The notes below the pieces were generated by a model. The model was not told the origin of the DNA. It saw only the letters and a program-made list of their open reading frames with translations, and made no database searches. Position numbers and translations under genes: made by a program. DNA of 63,803 nt, the filler included, from Parachlamydiales bacterium (GTDB lineage: Bacteria; Chlamydiota; Chlamydiia; Chlamydiales; Parachlamydiaceae), in NCBI GenBank assembly GCA_020051075.1. It is 3 parts of 3 records of this genome, joined end to end, with 100 filler letters (N's around TTAATTAATTAA, not from the genome) between each part and the next. Parts side by side here need not be neighbours in the genome. Positions count along the whole stretch, not along the records: positions 40,031 to 63,803 come from JAGVJP010000128.1; 2 more parts are not named here. One strand, 5' to 3'. Below are positions 46,735-56,537 of this stretch, piece by piece (position 1 is the stretch's first letter; each line of letters opens with the position of its first letter).

Positions 46735-49380
46735 CTACTCTTTCTTTTTGATGTGGACGTTGATCAAGGCTGTCATCTTGAACATATCGACAGGTTCATT
46801 GGTTCCAAGTACTTTAGCTAAAGAGGCATCTGGTCGGATCATCCGTTTATTTGCAGAATCTTGCAGTTCGTGGCTTTTAATATAGTCCCAAACCTTTTTT
46901 GTCACCTCTCCGCGTGTCAGCTCAGTTTCTCCAACAATAGCTGCTAATTCCCCTGTAAGCGAGTAGGAAGGCATTTTGCGAGGTTTTTTTTCTTTAGTCG
47001 TTTTTTCTTTAGTCGCTTTCTCTTTCACTGCCGCTTTTTTCTTTACTGCCGTTTTGGTTTTCGACACAGTTTTTGCTTCTTTACTCGTTGTTTTCTTTGC
47101 TGCAGGCGATTTTCTGCCACCTTTCTTATCTTTTTTGACGTAGGGTGTCCGTGGATGATCTGGGTATTTCGTTTCCAATTGTTCCAAAGTATTGACGATC
47201 ACATCGCACTCTGGATAGGTTGAACAAGAATAGAACATTTTACCGAAGCGAGATTTGCGGCCCACCATCACACCCGGGCAATCGATCGCTGGGCATGGCG
47301 GAAGATTTTCTTGTGAAATCACCTGCTCTCCCTTTTTAGGGATGTTGACGATCCCTTTGCATTCAGGGTAACGTGTACACCCTAAGAAAGTTCCATAACG
47401 GCCATGTCGGACTTTCATTGGAGAGGTGCTGCACAGCGGGCAAGGTTGTTCCCAATTGAAATCCGCGGCATAGTCTTCTTTATTGAACGAAATTTCTTCT
47501 ATTGGAGCAGAATAGTCACAGTCTGGGTAGCGTGAACATCCATAAAAATATTTCGAGCGAGCCCAGATCTTCTGCAGCTTACCTTCTTTGCATTTTGGAC
47601 AGTCGATATCAGTCATCACTTTTGGAACAAAGGCTTCTTTAAGTGCGATTTCGAGGGTTGGATGAAAGTCTTCCCAAAATTCTCGGATGAGCAGCTTCCA
47701 ATCTTTTTGATTTTCAGCCACCCTCTCAAGGTCATCTTCCATGTGTGCAGTGAAGCTGATGGTCATGATTTTCTGAAAGCTGGCTTCGAGCATCTGCACG
47801 ACAATTTGTCCGAGTTCAGTCGGTTTCAACCGGCCGCTTTCTTTGATGGTGTATTCACGGCTTTGAATTTTGTTCATGATAGAAACATATGTTGAAGGCC
47901 GTCCAATGCCCACTCTTTCCAACTCTTTTATCAACGAAGCTTCTGTATAGCGTGGAGGAGGACGAGTGAACGCCTGTTCAGAAGTCAACTCCCTGAGTTC
48001 AAGCGCTTGCCCTTCGTTAAGAGGAGGGAGCATGCGTGTATCGTCGCTTTTTTCTTCATCGTCGAATTTTTCTTCATAAACGGCGAGGAATCCAAGGAAT
48101 TTGATCACAGAGCCTGTGGCACGCAAAATGATGCCTTCGCCTGCTTCAATGTCAGCTGAAACCGTATCGTAGATCGCAGGGACCATTTGTGAAGCAACAA
48201 AACGGCGCCAGATCAGTTGATAGAGGAGAAATTGCTCGCGAGTCAAATATTTTTGAATGCTTTCCGGCGGATGCTGCAGACTTGTTGGTCTGATCGCTTC
48301 GTGAGCATCTTGTGCGGTCTTAGAACTGGCATAAAATTTTGCATCAACTGGGATATAGTCGTTACCATATTGCTTCTGTATAAATGCACGTGCTTCAGCG
48401 ATAGCTTCAGGGGCGATTCTAACAGAGTCGGTTCTCATATAGGTGATTAACCCTTCAGCCCCTTCTGTTCCGAGGTCTACCCCTTCATACAATCCTTGAG
48501 CTATGCTCATCGTCTTTGCAGAGGAAAATCCATAATGACGGCTGGCTTCTTGTTGGAGTGTAGAGGTGATGAAGGGAGGAATTGGATTTCGTTTCTTCTC
48601 TTTCTTCTCTACTTTCAATACTTGGAATGGTCCAGGACGCATTCTGCTTAAAATGGAGTCGGCAGTGTCTTTATTATCGATCAGGAGGAAATCTTTCCCT
48701 TCAACAGCTTCTTTCTCAAACCGTTTTCCATCGACAGAGTAGAGCGCGGCTTTAAAGAGACGTTCATCTTCTTCTGTTTTAAATTGTGCTGCAAGATTCC
48801 AATATTCGACGGGGACGAAGGCTAGGATCTCTTTTTCTCTGTCGACAACGAGTTTAAGAGCAACGGATTGCACACGTCCCGCTGAGAGGAAGTTCTCCTT
48901 GCCTCGTTGAATTCGACGATTTAATAAGGGGGAAATTTTATAGCCGACGATTCTATCAAGCATGCGACGTGCTTGTTGCGCATTGACAAGAGCTGTATCG
49001 ATATTGCGCGGATTTTCTAATGCTTTGAGCACTGTATCTTTGGTGATCGCATTGAATGACACTCTTTTAGTCTTCGTGTCAGGAGGTAAAATCTGCAAGA
49101 TATGCCAAGCAATCGCTTCTCCTTCACGGTCAGGGTCGGGAGAAAGGTAGACAACATCGCATTGTTTAGCAGCTTTTCTCAGCTTAGCGACGACCTCTTC
49201 TTTATTCGGCATGGTGACGTATTTAGGCTCAAAATCGTTTTCGATATCGATCCCAAATTCTCGTTCCGGCAGGTCACGAACATGGCCGATTGAGGACTCA
49301 ATAATGAAATTTGGGCCTAAAAATTTTTTCAGAGATTTGATTTTCCCTGGAGATTCTACGATAATAAGTGATTTAACCAT
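46735..49380 (-). CDS. topA: DNA topoisomerase I with Zn ribbons and C-terminal SWIB domain
   Basis: IVESP.K, DPDREGE, SAGRVQS, ITYMRTD, three CxxC ribbons, RGEVTKKVWDYIK..LQD SWIB motif. Confidence 0.97.
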   Translation of the reverse strand: MVKSLIIVESPGKIKSLKKFLGPNFIIESSIGHVRDLPEREFGIDIENDFEPKYVTMPNKEEVVAKLRKAAKQCDVVYLSPDPDREGEAIAWHILQILPPDTKTKRVSFNAITKDTVLKALENPRNIDTALVNAQQARRMLDRIVGYKISPLLNRRIQRGKENFLSAGRVQSVALKLVVDREKEILAFVPVEYWNLAAQFKTEEDERLFKAALYSVDGKRFEKEAVEGKDFLLIDNKDTADSILSRMRPGPFQVLKVEKKEKKRNPIPPFITSTLQQEASRHYGFSSAKTMSIAQGLYEGVDLGTEGAEGLITYMRTDSVRIAPEAIAEARAFIQKQYGNDYIPVDAKFYASSKTAQDAHEAIRPTSLQHPPESIQKYLTREQFLLYQLIWRRFVASQMVPAIYDTVSADIEAGEGIILRATGSVIKFLGFLAVYEEKFDDEEKSDDTRMLPPLNEGQALELRELTSEQAFTRPPPRYTEASLIKELERVGIGRPSTYVSIMNKIQSREYTIKESGRLKPTELGQIVVQMLEASFQKIMTISFTAHMEDDLERVAENQKDWKLLIREFWEDFHPTLEIALKEAFVPKVMTDIDCPKCKEGKLQKIWARSKYFYGCSRYPDCDYSAPIEEISFNKEDYAADFNWEQPCPLCSTSPMKVRHGRYGTFLGCTRYPECKGIVNIPKKGEQVISQENLPPCPAIDCPGVMVGRKSRFGKMFYSCSTYPECDVIVNTLEQLETKYPDHPRTPYVKKDKKGGRKSPAAKKTTSKEAKTVSKTKTAVKKKAAVKEKATKEKTTKEKKPRKMPSYSLTGELAAIVGETELTRGEVTKKVWDYIKSHELQDSANKRMIRPDASLAKVLGTNEPVDMFKMTALINVHIKKKE

Positions 49381-49402
49381 ACGATTTGACTCCGTCACAC
49401 CT

Positions 49403-50491
49403 CTAAACTTTCTTATAAATTTTCCCTGGATATTCTTTAACTATTTTTTTTAATACAAGACTCATCAGGATTGTATTTAATTTTGTTATCGGCATTTTTG
49501 TGTGAATAATTAATTCTTCGATTGTCAACTCTTGTTGGGGGAGTAGATGTAAAAATTCGGATTCCTCTTTTTCTAGTGCGACTGTTGTTGATCCGGAAGG
49601 TTTAAAAACAAGAGGGAGTGAATCATTGCCAAAATAAGAGAGGATATCATGGACATCGTCGATCAATTTTGCTTTTTGCTCTTTGATCAAAGAATGATTT
49701 CCCTTAAAACTATCGTAATCTGCCCGGCCGGAAAGGGCGAAAACAGGACGTCCTTGTTCAATGGCTTTTTTAGAGGTATGCATCGCTCCGCTTGCTACCG
49801 GCGCCTCAATTAAGAGGGTTCCTAGCGTCATCCCACTCACAATCCGATTTCGTTGAGGGAAATTTTGTTTATCTGGAGGAGTCGTCATCGTAAATTCTGT
49901 CACCAACGCCCCCTTTTGTTTAATTTCTTCGGCGAGCATTTTATTTTCAGCAGGATAGAGATTAGCTAAACCAGAACCCAATACAGCTAAAGTTCTCCCT
50001 CCCTCAAGGGCTCCGCGGTGCGCTGCTGTATCGATGCCTCTTGCCATTCCGCTGACGATAGTATAACCATTTTCGCTAAGTTCCCGACACAGTTTTCTAG
50101 CCATTTCTTGGCCGTAGATAGTGGATTGGCGCGAACCGATGACTGCTAAGGAACGTTCATCTTGTTTTAATAAAGTTCCTGAAACATACAAAATGAGGGG
50201 GAAGTCACTGATTTCTAACAGTCTCTTTGGATATCTAGAGCTGGTATAAGGGATGATTTCGATACCATTGCGCTCTGCGAGTTCCAGTTGATCGTGCCAT
50301 TGTTGATCTGTGATCCCTTTTGACCATGCTTCTAGAATTTTAGGGCCGAAGCCCGGAAATTGCGCCAATTCTTTTATAGGGGCTTTCAAGGCATCCGCAG
50401 CGGTGCCGTAGTGCTGGATCAGAAGACGGATTTTAATCGATCCAATATAGGGAATATTTGATAAAATAAGCAGCGCTTCTAATTCGTTCAA
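49403..50491 (-). CDS. dprA: DNA-processing protein DprA/Smf
   Basis: VSGMARGIDTAAH, FPQRNRIVSG; TTG start with AGGAG RBS. Confidence 0.95.
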   Translation of the reverse strand: MNELEALLILSNIPYIGSIKIRLLIQHYGTAADALKAPIKELAQFPGFGPKILEAWSKGITDQQWHDQLELAERNGIEIIPYTSSRYPKRLLEISDFPLILYVSGTLLKQDERSLAVIGSRQSTIYGQEMARKLCRELSENGYTIVSGMARGIDTAAHRGALEGGRTLAVLGSGLANLYPAENKMLAEEIKQKGALVTEFTMTTPPDKQNFPQRNRIVSGMTLGTLLIEAPVASGAMHTSKKAIEQGRPVFALSGRADYDSFKGNHSLIKEQKAKLIDDVHDILSYFGNDSLPLVFKPSGSTTVALEKEESEFLHLLPQQELTIEELIIHTKMPITKLNTILMSLVLKKIVKEYPGKIYKKV

Positions 50492-50652
50492 AAATGCTCC
50501 TCTAAAAATACTCTGATAATATGTGTGGGAAAGTCCACAAGGACCATAATTCCTATGTGGAGATTATGGCAAGGAAAAAGATTTGTACTAGACACCTTGC
50601 GAGCTATCTTGCCACTTTTCACAAGAAAACGCAAGAATTTTTCTACAGCCTA

Positions 50653-50941
50653 AACAAGGTGATAGGATAAGTAAAGGGACAGAACAGGATAAACAAAAAC
50701 AGGATAAGCAGGATCGCTTCGCGGCAGGATAGGAAAGATAAAAAAAGAAATATCCTGTCAAATAATTTGAAGATAATAGTCTTTTTCATTTTCATTAACG
50801 GCATTTTGAAACTCTCTTTCCTGCCCAGCCTATTTTTTCTTTATCTTTCCCATCCTGCCGCGAAGCGATCCTGCTTATCCTGTTTTTTTGTTTATCTTGT
50901 CTATTAGCCTATCCTGTTCTGTCCCTTTTGCTTATCTTGTT
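50653..50941. repeat. Family B long inverted repeat
   Basis: CAGGATAAGCAGGATCGCTTCGCGGCAGGATAG ... CATCCTGCCGCGAAGCGATCCTGCTTATCCTG. Confidence 0.92.
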
Positions 50942-51078
50942 TTTCTATGCTTGTGAGTTGCAATTTTTGTCGTCCTGTGCATCTTGAATAGCTGGAGTTG
51001 CTAGAGAAATCGGACTTCTGTATTGTGTGTCGTCAGTAGAGTCAAATCTCATAACAATATTTTTAGGTAGTGATTAAA

Positions 51079-51756
51079 ATGTTATTAACTATCCTCAGTC
51101 TCTTTGGCCACTCTCCTTTTGCTCCATTGCAGGCACATATGGAAAGTGTATCGCGCTGCGTTCATCAGCTACTCTTACTTTTTGAGGCGCTAGAACAGCG
51201 CGATTATACAAGTTTAGAGCTCATCGCTGAAGAAATTTCCCGTCTAGAAAACGAAGCTGATCTTATTAAAAATGACATTCGTAATCATCTTCCTAAAAGT
51301 TTGTTTTTGCCTATCGATAGAGGAAATCTGCTCGAGATCCTCTCTGTCCAAGATCGAATCGCTGATAAAGTTGAAGATGTTGCCGTCTTAGTGACGTTAA
51401 TTCCGCTTCAAATCTTGCCTATTTTTCAGGATGAGTTTAAACTGTTCCTTCAAAAAAATATCGAGACTTTCGAAGGAGCTCATGCAATTATTAAAGAACT
51501 TCACGATCTTGTTGAATCGTCATTCGGAGGGATCGAAGCTGAAAAAGTCCGAGCAATGGTCCATGAGGTTGCTTTCAACGAACATGAAGTCGATCTCATC
51601 CAGCGTCAATTACTTAAAAAATTATTTCAGGGAGAAGCTGAGTTGACTTACATCACTTTTGATTTATGGCAGCGGTTATTTGAAAATATCGCAGCGGTCT
51701 CGAACCTTTCGGAGAATTTAGCCGATCGTCTTCGAATGACTCTGGAATTGAAATAG
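51079..51756 (+). CDS. DUF47/TIGR00153 phosphate transport accessory protein
   Basis: LFGHSPFAPLQAHM, ENEADLIK, LFLPIDRG, upstream of a PiT transporter. Confidence 0.9.
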   Translation: MLLTILSLFGHSPFAPLQAHMESVSRCVHQLLLLFEALEQRDYTSLELIAEEISRLENEADLIKNDIRNHLPKSLFLPIDRGNLLEILSVQDRIADKVEDVAVLVTLIPLQILPIFQDEFKLFLQKNIETFEGAHAIIKELHDLVESSFGGIEAEKVRAMVHEVAFNEHEVDLIQRQLLKKLFQGEAELTYITFDLWQRLFENIAAVSNLSENLADRLRMTLELK

Positions 51757-51763
51757 CAGCTTT

Positions 51764-53182
51764 ATGGAAACAATATTATTTGGCCTTATCATCTTGACAG
51801 CCTTTTACATGGCTTGGAACATCGGTGCAAACGACGTTGCTAATGCCATGGGAACCTCTGTTGGATCGGGAGCCCTCTCGTTGAGGCAAGCAGTTCTTAT
51901 CGCTGCAGTTCTTGAGTTTTCGGGAGCGTTCTTTTTTGGGTCTCATGTTTCAAAGACGGTGCAAAGCGGCATCATTAATGAAGAGATCTTTGTTCAAACT
52001 CCTCAGATACTAGTTTATGGGATGCTCTCAGCTTTGGCCTCTGCAGGCATCTGGTTGCAGATTGCTTCTTATAACGGATGGCCCGTCTCTACGACTCATA
52101 CGATTATTGGAGCTATTGTTGGTTTTGGTGCAATTGTAGGAGGGGTCCACGCAGTGCAATGGGGCGAAGTCGCCTATATCGTCACAAGCTGGATCCTCTC
52201 TCCTTTGTTAGGAGGAATCCTTGCTTTTGTAATTTTCTCAGTTTTACGAAGGATGATTTTTTATCATCCAAGGCCTTTAGAGGCTACTCGAAGGCTTGCC
52301 CCATTAATAGTATTTTTTGTGATCACTGTTTTATCCTTTGTCCTTGTTTTTGAGGGATTGCGCAACGTCAATATTGAGATCGATTATCCAATAAAAGGGT
52401 TGATCCCAATCGTCATCGGGGCTATCGCTTCCTTTATCTGCTTTTTGCTTGTTCGGCGCACAACCGTATTGAAGGAAGTTGCCGTCCCTGAAACCAGTTA
52501 TGGAGCTGACCTGACGAGCTCCTTAGAAAAAGCACGCAAGCATCTGCAGAGAGTTCGTTCGCTCTCTCACGGAGATCTCAGCTATCATGTTCGGCTTCTG
52601 GTCGATGAAGTTGAGGAATTAGAACAGTCGGTCAAAAAAACTCAAGAGATGAGCAGCAGTCACTCAGAATATCTAGCAGTAGAAAAAATCTTCAGTTATC
52701 TCCAAATCATCAGTGCATGTATGATGGCTTTTGCCCATGGTGCAAATGATGTTGCAAATGCTATCGGTCCGTTATCTGCCGCTCTTGCAATATTGACAAC
52801 GGGAATTTACACTGTTGACTCTCCAGTTCCCACATGGACTCTTGCATTGGGAGGGGTGGGGATTGTCGTTGGCTTAGCCACTTGGGGATGGCGTGTGATT
52901 GAAACGATAGGAAGAAAAATCACAGAACTTACTCCAAGCAGGGGATTTGCAGCGGAGTTTGGTGCTGCGACAACAATTGTCCTTGCTTCAAGGCTAGGTT
53001 TGCCCATCTCAGCCACTCACACACTCGTTGGTGCTGTATTAGGTGTTGGACTGGCACGCGGATTAGAGGCTGTGAATTTAAACACCACTCGCGATATCCT
53101 GGTTTCCTGGGTTGTCACTGTGCCCATCGGAGCGCTATTAGCTCTTGCGTTGTTTTATCCTATACGTGCTATTTTTGGTTAA
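51764..53182 (+). CDS. PiT family inorganic phosphate transporter
   Basis: Two GANDVANA motifs, PVSTTH and PISATH. Confidence 0.95.
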   Translation: METILFGLIILTAFYMAWNIGANDVANAMGTSVGSGALSLRQAVLIAAVLEFSGAFFFGSHVSKTVQSGIINEEIFVQTPQILVYGMLSALASAGIWLQIASYNGWPVSTTHTIIGAIVGFGAIVGGVHAVQWGEVAYIVTSWILSPLLGGILAFVIFSVLRRMIFYHPRPLEATRRLAPLIVFFVITVLSFVLVFEGLRNVNIEIDYPIKGLIPIVIGAIASFICFLLVRRTTVLKEVAVPETSYGADLTSSLEKARKHLQRVRSLSHGDLSYHVRLLVDEVEELEQSVKKTQEMSSSHSEYLAVEKIFSYLQIISACMMAFAHGANDVANAIGPLSAALAILTTGIYTVDSPVPTWTLALGGVGIVVGLATWGWRVIETIGRKITELTPSRGFAAEFGAATTIVLASRLGLPISATHTLVGAVLGVGLARGLEAVNLNTTRDILVSWVVTVPIGALLALALFYPIRAIFG

Positions 53183-53246
53183 CATGAGAGAATGGCGATC
53201 TGCTGACAAAAGCCGGCCATTCTCTTAAAATGAAAACGGAGGAAGT

Positions 53247-53825
53247 ATGTCATCAAAAGAATCGCTGATTACTGATTCGAAACCCCTTAGAATAATTATT
53301 GGTGCGATCATCGCCTTGCTGTTGCTAGCGCGAATTAGCTACGGTTATTCACAGCCAACAACATCTTCAGTAGATCTTAAGCAGGCAATCTTGCAGGGGA
53401 CCATTCATCTTAAACCTACAGTCACTCATGGAACCGATCAAACAGTAAAAATCCAGCCTGGAACCGGAGTGAATTTTGTTGTCACTGTAGAAAACAAAGG
53501 CGATCAGGAAAATCCTCCTGCACAATTGTTTATTCGATACTCATATGCTAAACCGCTCGATAATGAAGCTCAAAGCATCATCTTTTCTACTGAAAAGAAA
53601 ACAGTCCCCTCTATCCAGCCAGGACAGTCAGTCGATATCTCGTTTGATGCTGCCCACCAAACCCCTTCGCTCATTGACTTTGTAAAATATGATTGGCCAA
53701 TCAGGGAATACCAAGCCATTTTGGTCACCAATCATGAAGAGCATCTGATTGGGACTCTAGCGATGACCTTTTCGGCTTATTACTACCCTGGCATTCGGAG
53801 AGAATTCCCCGTTAAACACCGCTAG
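53247..53825 (+). CDS. Exported hypothetical protein (Ig/CARDB-like beta fold)
   Basis: N-terminal hydrophobic segment; VTVENKG and IQPGQS motifs; GGAGG RBS. Confidence 0.7.
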   Translation: MSSKESLITDSKPLRIIIGAIIALLLLARISYGYSQPTTSSVDLKQAILQGTIHLKPTVTHGTDQTVKIQPGTGVNFVVTVENKGDQENPPAQLFIRYSYAKPLDNEAQSIIFSTEKKTVPSIQPGQSVDISFDAAHQTPSLIDFVKYDWPIREYQAILVTNHEEHLIGTLAMTFSAYYYPGIRREFPVKHR

Positions 53826-53860
53826 GAAGATCTGTCACTGTAACAAGATTCGGCATGCAA

Positions 53861-54244
53861 TTAAACCACAGAGGCACAGAGATCATAACAATCAAATTCT
53901 GGCGTGAATACGCCTAAGTGTACGATATGTTTTACCCCAGCTTTTTTGGCAGCATCAACGACAGCTTTGCTTTGAACGAGCATTGCGACTGTGTATCCAG
54001 TCAGGATAAATAATCTGTCAACTCCTTGCAGAGCATTGTCAAAAGTTCGGGGATCGTCGAGGTCCATAAAGACCGCGTTTCCGTATTGTTCTTTCAATTT
54101 CTTAAGCTGTTCATGTTTACGCGTTGTGACACGCAAGGTGACTGTGTCATCTTGGTGCAGGCGGTCGGCGACGATTTTCCCTAACTGCCCTGTCGCCCCC
54201 ATGACCAGTGCAACAGGTTTGCTATTGGATGAAACCATAATCAT
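53861..54244 (-). pseudogene. 3'-truncated NmrA-like NAD(P)-binding protein
   Basis: GATGQLG, GVDRLF, AAKKAGVKHIVHL; only 127 aa, the last residues LCASVV* are read from a CACAGAG repeat. Confidence 0.8.
53863..53881 (+). repeat. Family C half-element AAACCACAGAGGCACAGAG
   Basis: Matches the left arm at 36425. Confidence 0.75.
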
Positions 54245-54319
54245 CTACCCTTTTTTGGGGAAGCTATCAAAATAAATGTTTTATATCAATTGTAGCTCTT
54301 CCGTGCGATTCATCGGTTA

Positions 54320-55429
54320 TCATTCACCTCTTTTTTGCAGCTCAGTTTCAATTTCTTCGATGGTGGGTAAACTTGATTTCAGATCTTCGGGCACGGCTTT
54401 CGTTAACATAGTCTCGTATTCGATCGCTGCCATCGGTCTGTCTATATGTCTAAAGGCATATTCTGCTTTGATTTTTTTTCTCGTTTTGCATAATAAAATG
54501 CCGATTGTCGGATGATCGCTAGGGTGTTTTAAGATGTCGTCTACAGCTGACAAGTAGAAATTAAGTTGTCCAGCATCCTCAGGTTTGAATGCTCTTGCCT
54601 TCAATTCTATGACGATGAATGATCGCAGCTTAACGTGATAGAAAAGCAAGTCGATGTGATAGGGATCGCCTTCTACAGTGATTTGATATTGCCTGCCCAG
54701 AAATGCAAATCCCTGACCGAGTTCCAGTAAAAACTTCTGGATATGGCTTACAAGTCCATCTTCAAGGTCTTTTTCTTGATGATCCTTATGTAGAGTGAGG
54801 AAATCAAACAAGAATGGATCTTTTAGCGTTTGCTGTGCTAAATCTGATTGAGGGGTGGGCAAGGTGGTTTTGAAGTTTGTTATTGCTTGTCCTTCTCGTT
54901 GATGAAGTTGTGAATCTATCCACGTACCGAGGGTATCTCTGCTCCAGTTATGTTTTAAAGTCTTATTTGCGTACCAGATCCGATCCTCAATGTTATCGAG
55001 CTTTTCCATCAAGATCACATTGTGACTCCATGGAATTTGTGCTAAAATGCCAAGATGTTCGATTTCGTTTATTTGTCCCACTGCTAGTGGGATTATTTTA
55101 TATTCCCGATAAAAAGCTCTCATTCTGAACACGTTTGTCCGTGAAAACCCTTCAATCCCCGGAAATGCATTTTGAAGATCTTTTACCAATTTGTCGATAA
55201 AATTGCTTCCCCAACCATGATTTTCTTGTTTTTCCACGATGGTTTTTCCAACCATCCAATACAGGCGAACCAACTCTTTATTGGCCGCAGTGATCGCTTT
55301 GAGTTGGCACTGTTGGATGGTTTCTTTGAGTTGGGCTAAAGTTGAAACGTAGTCTTTATTCAAAAATAACTCGCTCTCCTTACTTTTGGCTGGTAGAGTT
55401 TTTGATTTTTTTCCTTTTGGCATTTTCAT
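54320..55429 (-). CDS. DUF1016 / YhcG PD-(D/E)xK nuclease family protein
   Basis: LYW..G, WGS.FI, GFS..N, PWSHN, KDPF.FDFL, ELGQGFAF, IDLLFYH, IELK, GQLNFY. Confidence 0.93.
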   Translation of the reverse strand: MKMPKGKKSKTLPAKSKESELFLNKDYVSTLAQLKETIQQCQLKAITAANKELVRLYWMVGKTIVEKQENHGWGSNFIDKLVKDLQNAFPGIEGFSRTNVFRMRAFYREYKIIPLAVGQINEIEHLGILAQIPWSHNVILMEKLDNIEDRIWYANKTLKHNWSRDTLGTWIDSQLHQREGQAITNFKTTLPTPQSDLAQQTLKDPFLFDFLTLHKDHQEKDLEDGLVSHIQKFLLELGQGFAFLGRQYQITVEGDPYHIDLLFYHVKLRSFIVIELKARAFKPEDAGQLNFYLSAVDDILKHPSDHPTIGILLCKTRKKIKAEYAFRHIDRPMAAIEYETMLTKAVPEDLKSSLPTIEEIETELQKRGE

Positions 55430-55456
55430 TCTCGATAGCGATTTTTTAGGCCGCTC

Positions 55457-55485
55457 ATCCTAACCAATAAATTTTCTTTTGTCAA
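55457..55485 (-). promoter_or_regulatory. Promoter TTGACA-N17-TAGGAT for the DUF1016 gene
   Basis: Perfect -35, 27 nt before the ATG. Confidence 0.6.
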
Positions 55486-55678
55486 CAGGTTTATGTGTTA
55501 TGAATTTTTTAATTCCTTTTTGTGTTTTTATGCGAAAATAAAGATGAACGTGTGTTGTTTAAGATGGAAAAGATAGAAATTGTAGTTTTTCCGGTTACAA
55601 AAACAGAATTAGGATAAGCAAGATGAAGGAGGGGTTCTGACGGCGTTGTTGCATAAATCACCATATTCTCGATAGCTT

Positions 55679-55919
55679 CGCGAAGCGTTTGGAGTGCGAA
55701 AGTCCTCTTTCGCTTTATCTACGAACAGCATTGATAAGAGTTTGTGGATAAATTATAGTTGGTTTTAGGCGATAGCACGAGACCGTGGATAAGATTTAGA
55801 GAAAAGTAGGAAATACGAAGCGCTGCGCGAAGCGGAAGAGAAATCCAAAAGATACGAATGCTTCACAAATTGATCTAGAATAAAGCGAAAGAGGACTTTC
55901 GCACTCCAAACGCTTCGCG
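55679..55919. mobile_element. 240-bp REPIN/MITE-like element (family A), second full copy
   Basis: Terminal inverted repeats CGCGAAGCGTTTGGAGTGCGAAAGTCCTCTTTCGCTTTAT; interior colinear with 39691-39930. Confidence 0.87.
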
Positions 55920-56000
55920 AGGTCATCGAGAATATGGAACGCCGTTCTGACAAGACTTAAAACAAATAAATCCAAGAGAAACTTATTCCTCTATATCTCA

Positions 56001-56040
56001 CTATCCTTCCCATCCTGTGAAATTGTCAGGATGGGAAAGA
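56001..56040. repeat. Short family B-related hairpin
   Basis: TTCCCATCCTG ... CAGGATGGGAA. Confidence 0.55.
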
Positions 56041-56048
56041 TGAAAAGG

Positions 56049-56438
56049 CTATTTCTTATGGATTTGTGTTGTCTCAGTCGGTTTTCCTTGAGTTGATGCT
56101 CCTGGGGCAAAGACCTGCCTTTGAGCTCCACCGTGCTCATCAACAATGATGAACTCGTTTGCCCCATTCTTCCATTGAATATGGACTTTTCTTTCACTAA
56201 CAACTTTCCATTTGCCGTGTTCAAGGGTGCTCCATGTGCTGGTAGCAGTCCCATCTTTGCTTAGAGTGATGTCAAATTTGTTGCCATTTTGATCGGTAAC
56301 GCCCCAAATTCCATCAACGTTGAGGTTCGCTGGTTTTGATTCTGTCACGTGGTCTTTAGATCGATCACATCCACTGAACATGAAAATCAGTCCAAACAGC
56401 AATGCCATCGAAGAAAATATTTTAGCTAAATTTCTCAT
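56049..56438 (-). CDS. Hypothetical lipoprotein
   Basis: Signal peptide with FSGC lipobox; GAGGA RBS. Confidence 0.8.
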   Translation of the reverse strand: MRNLAKIFSSMALLFGLIFMFSGCDRSKDHVTESKPANLNVDGIWGVTDQNGNKFDITLSKDGTATSTWSTLEHGKWKVVSERKVHIQWKNGANEFIIVDEHGGAQRQVFAPGASTQGKPTETTQIHKK

Positions 56439-56507
56439 GATTCCTCCTTAAGGGTGAAAATTATTTTCTTACTCTTGAGGAGAGATAATGTCAAATGAAT
56501 TTTAAAA

Positions 56508-56537
56508 CTCTCAGTGCTCTCACTGACTCTGTGGTTA
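56508..56537 (-). repeat. Degenerate family C half-element overlapping a stop codon
   Basis: CTCTCAGTGCTCTCACTGACTCTGTGGTTA. Confidence 0.5.
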
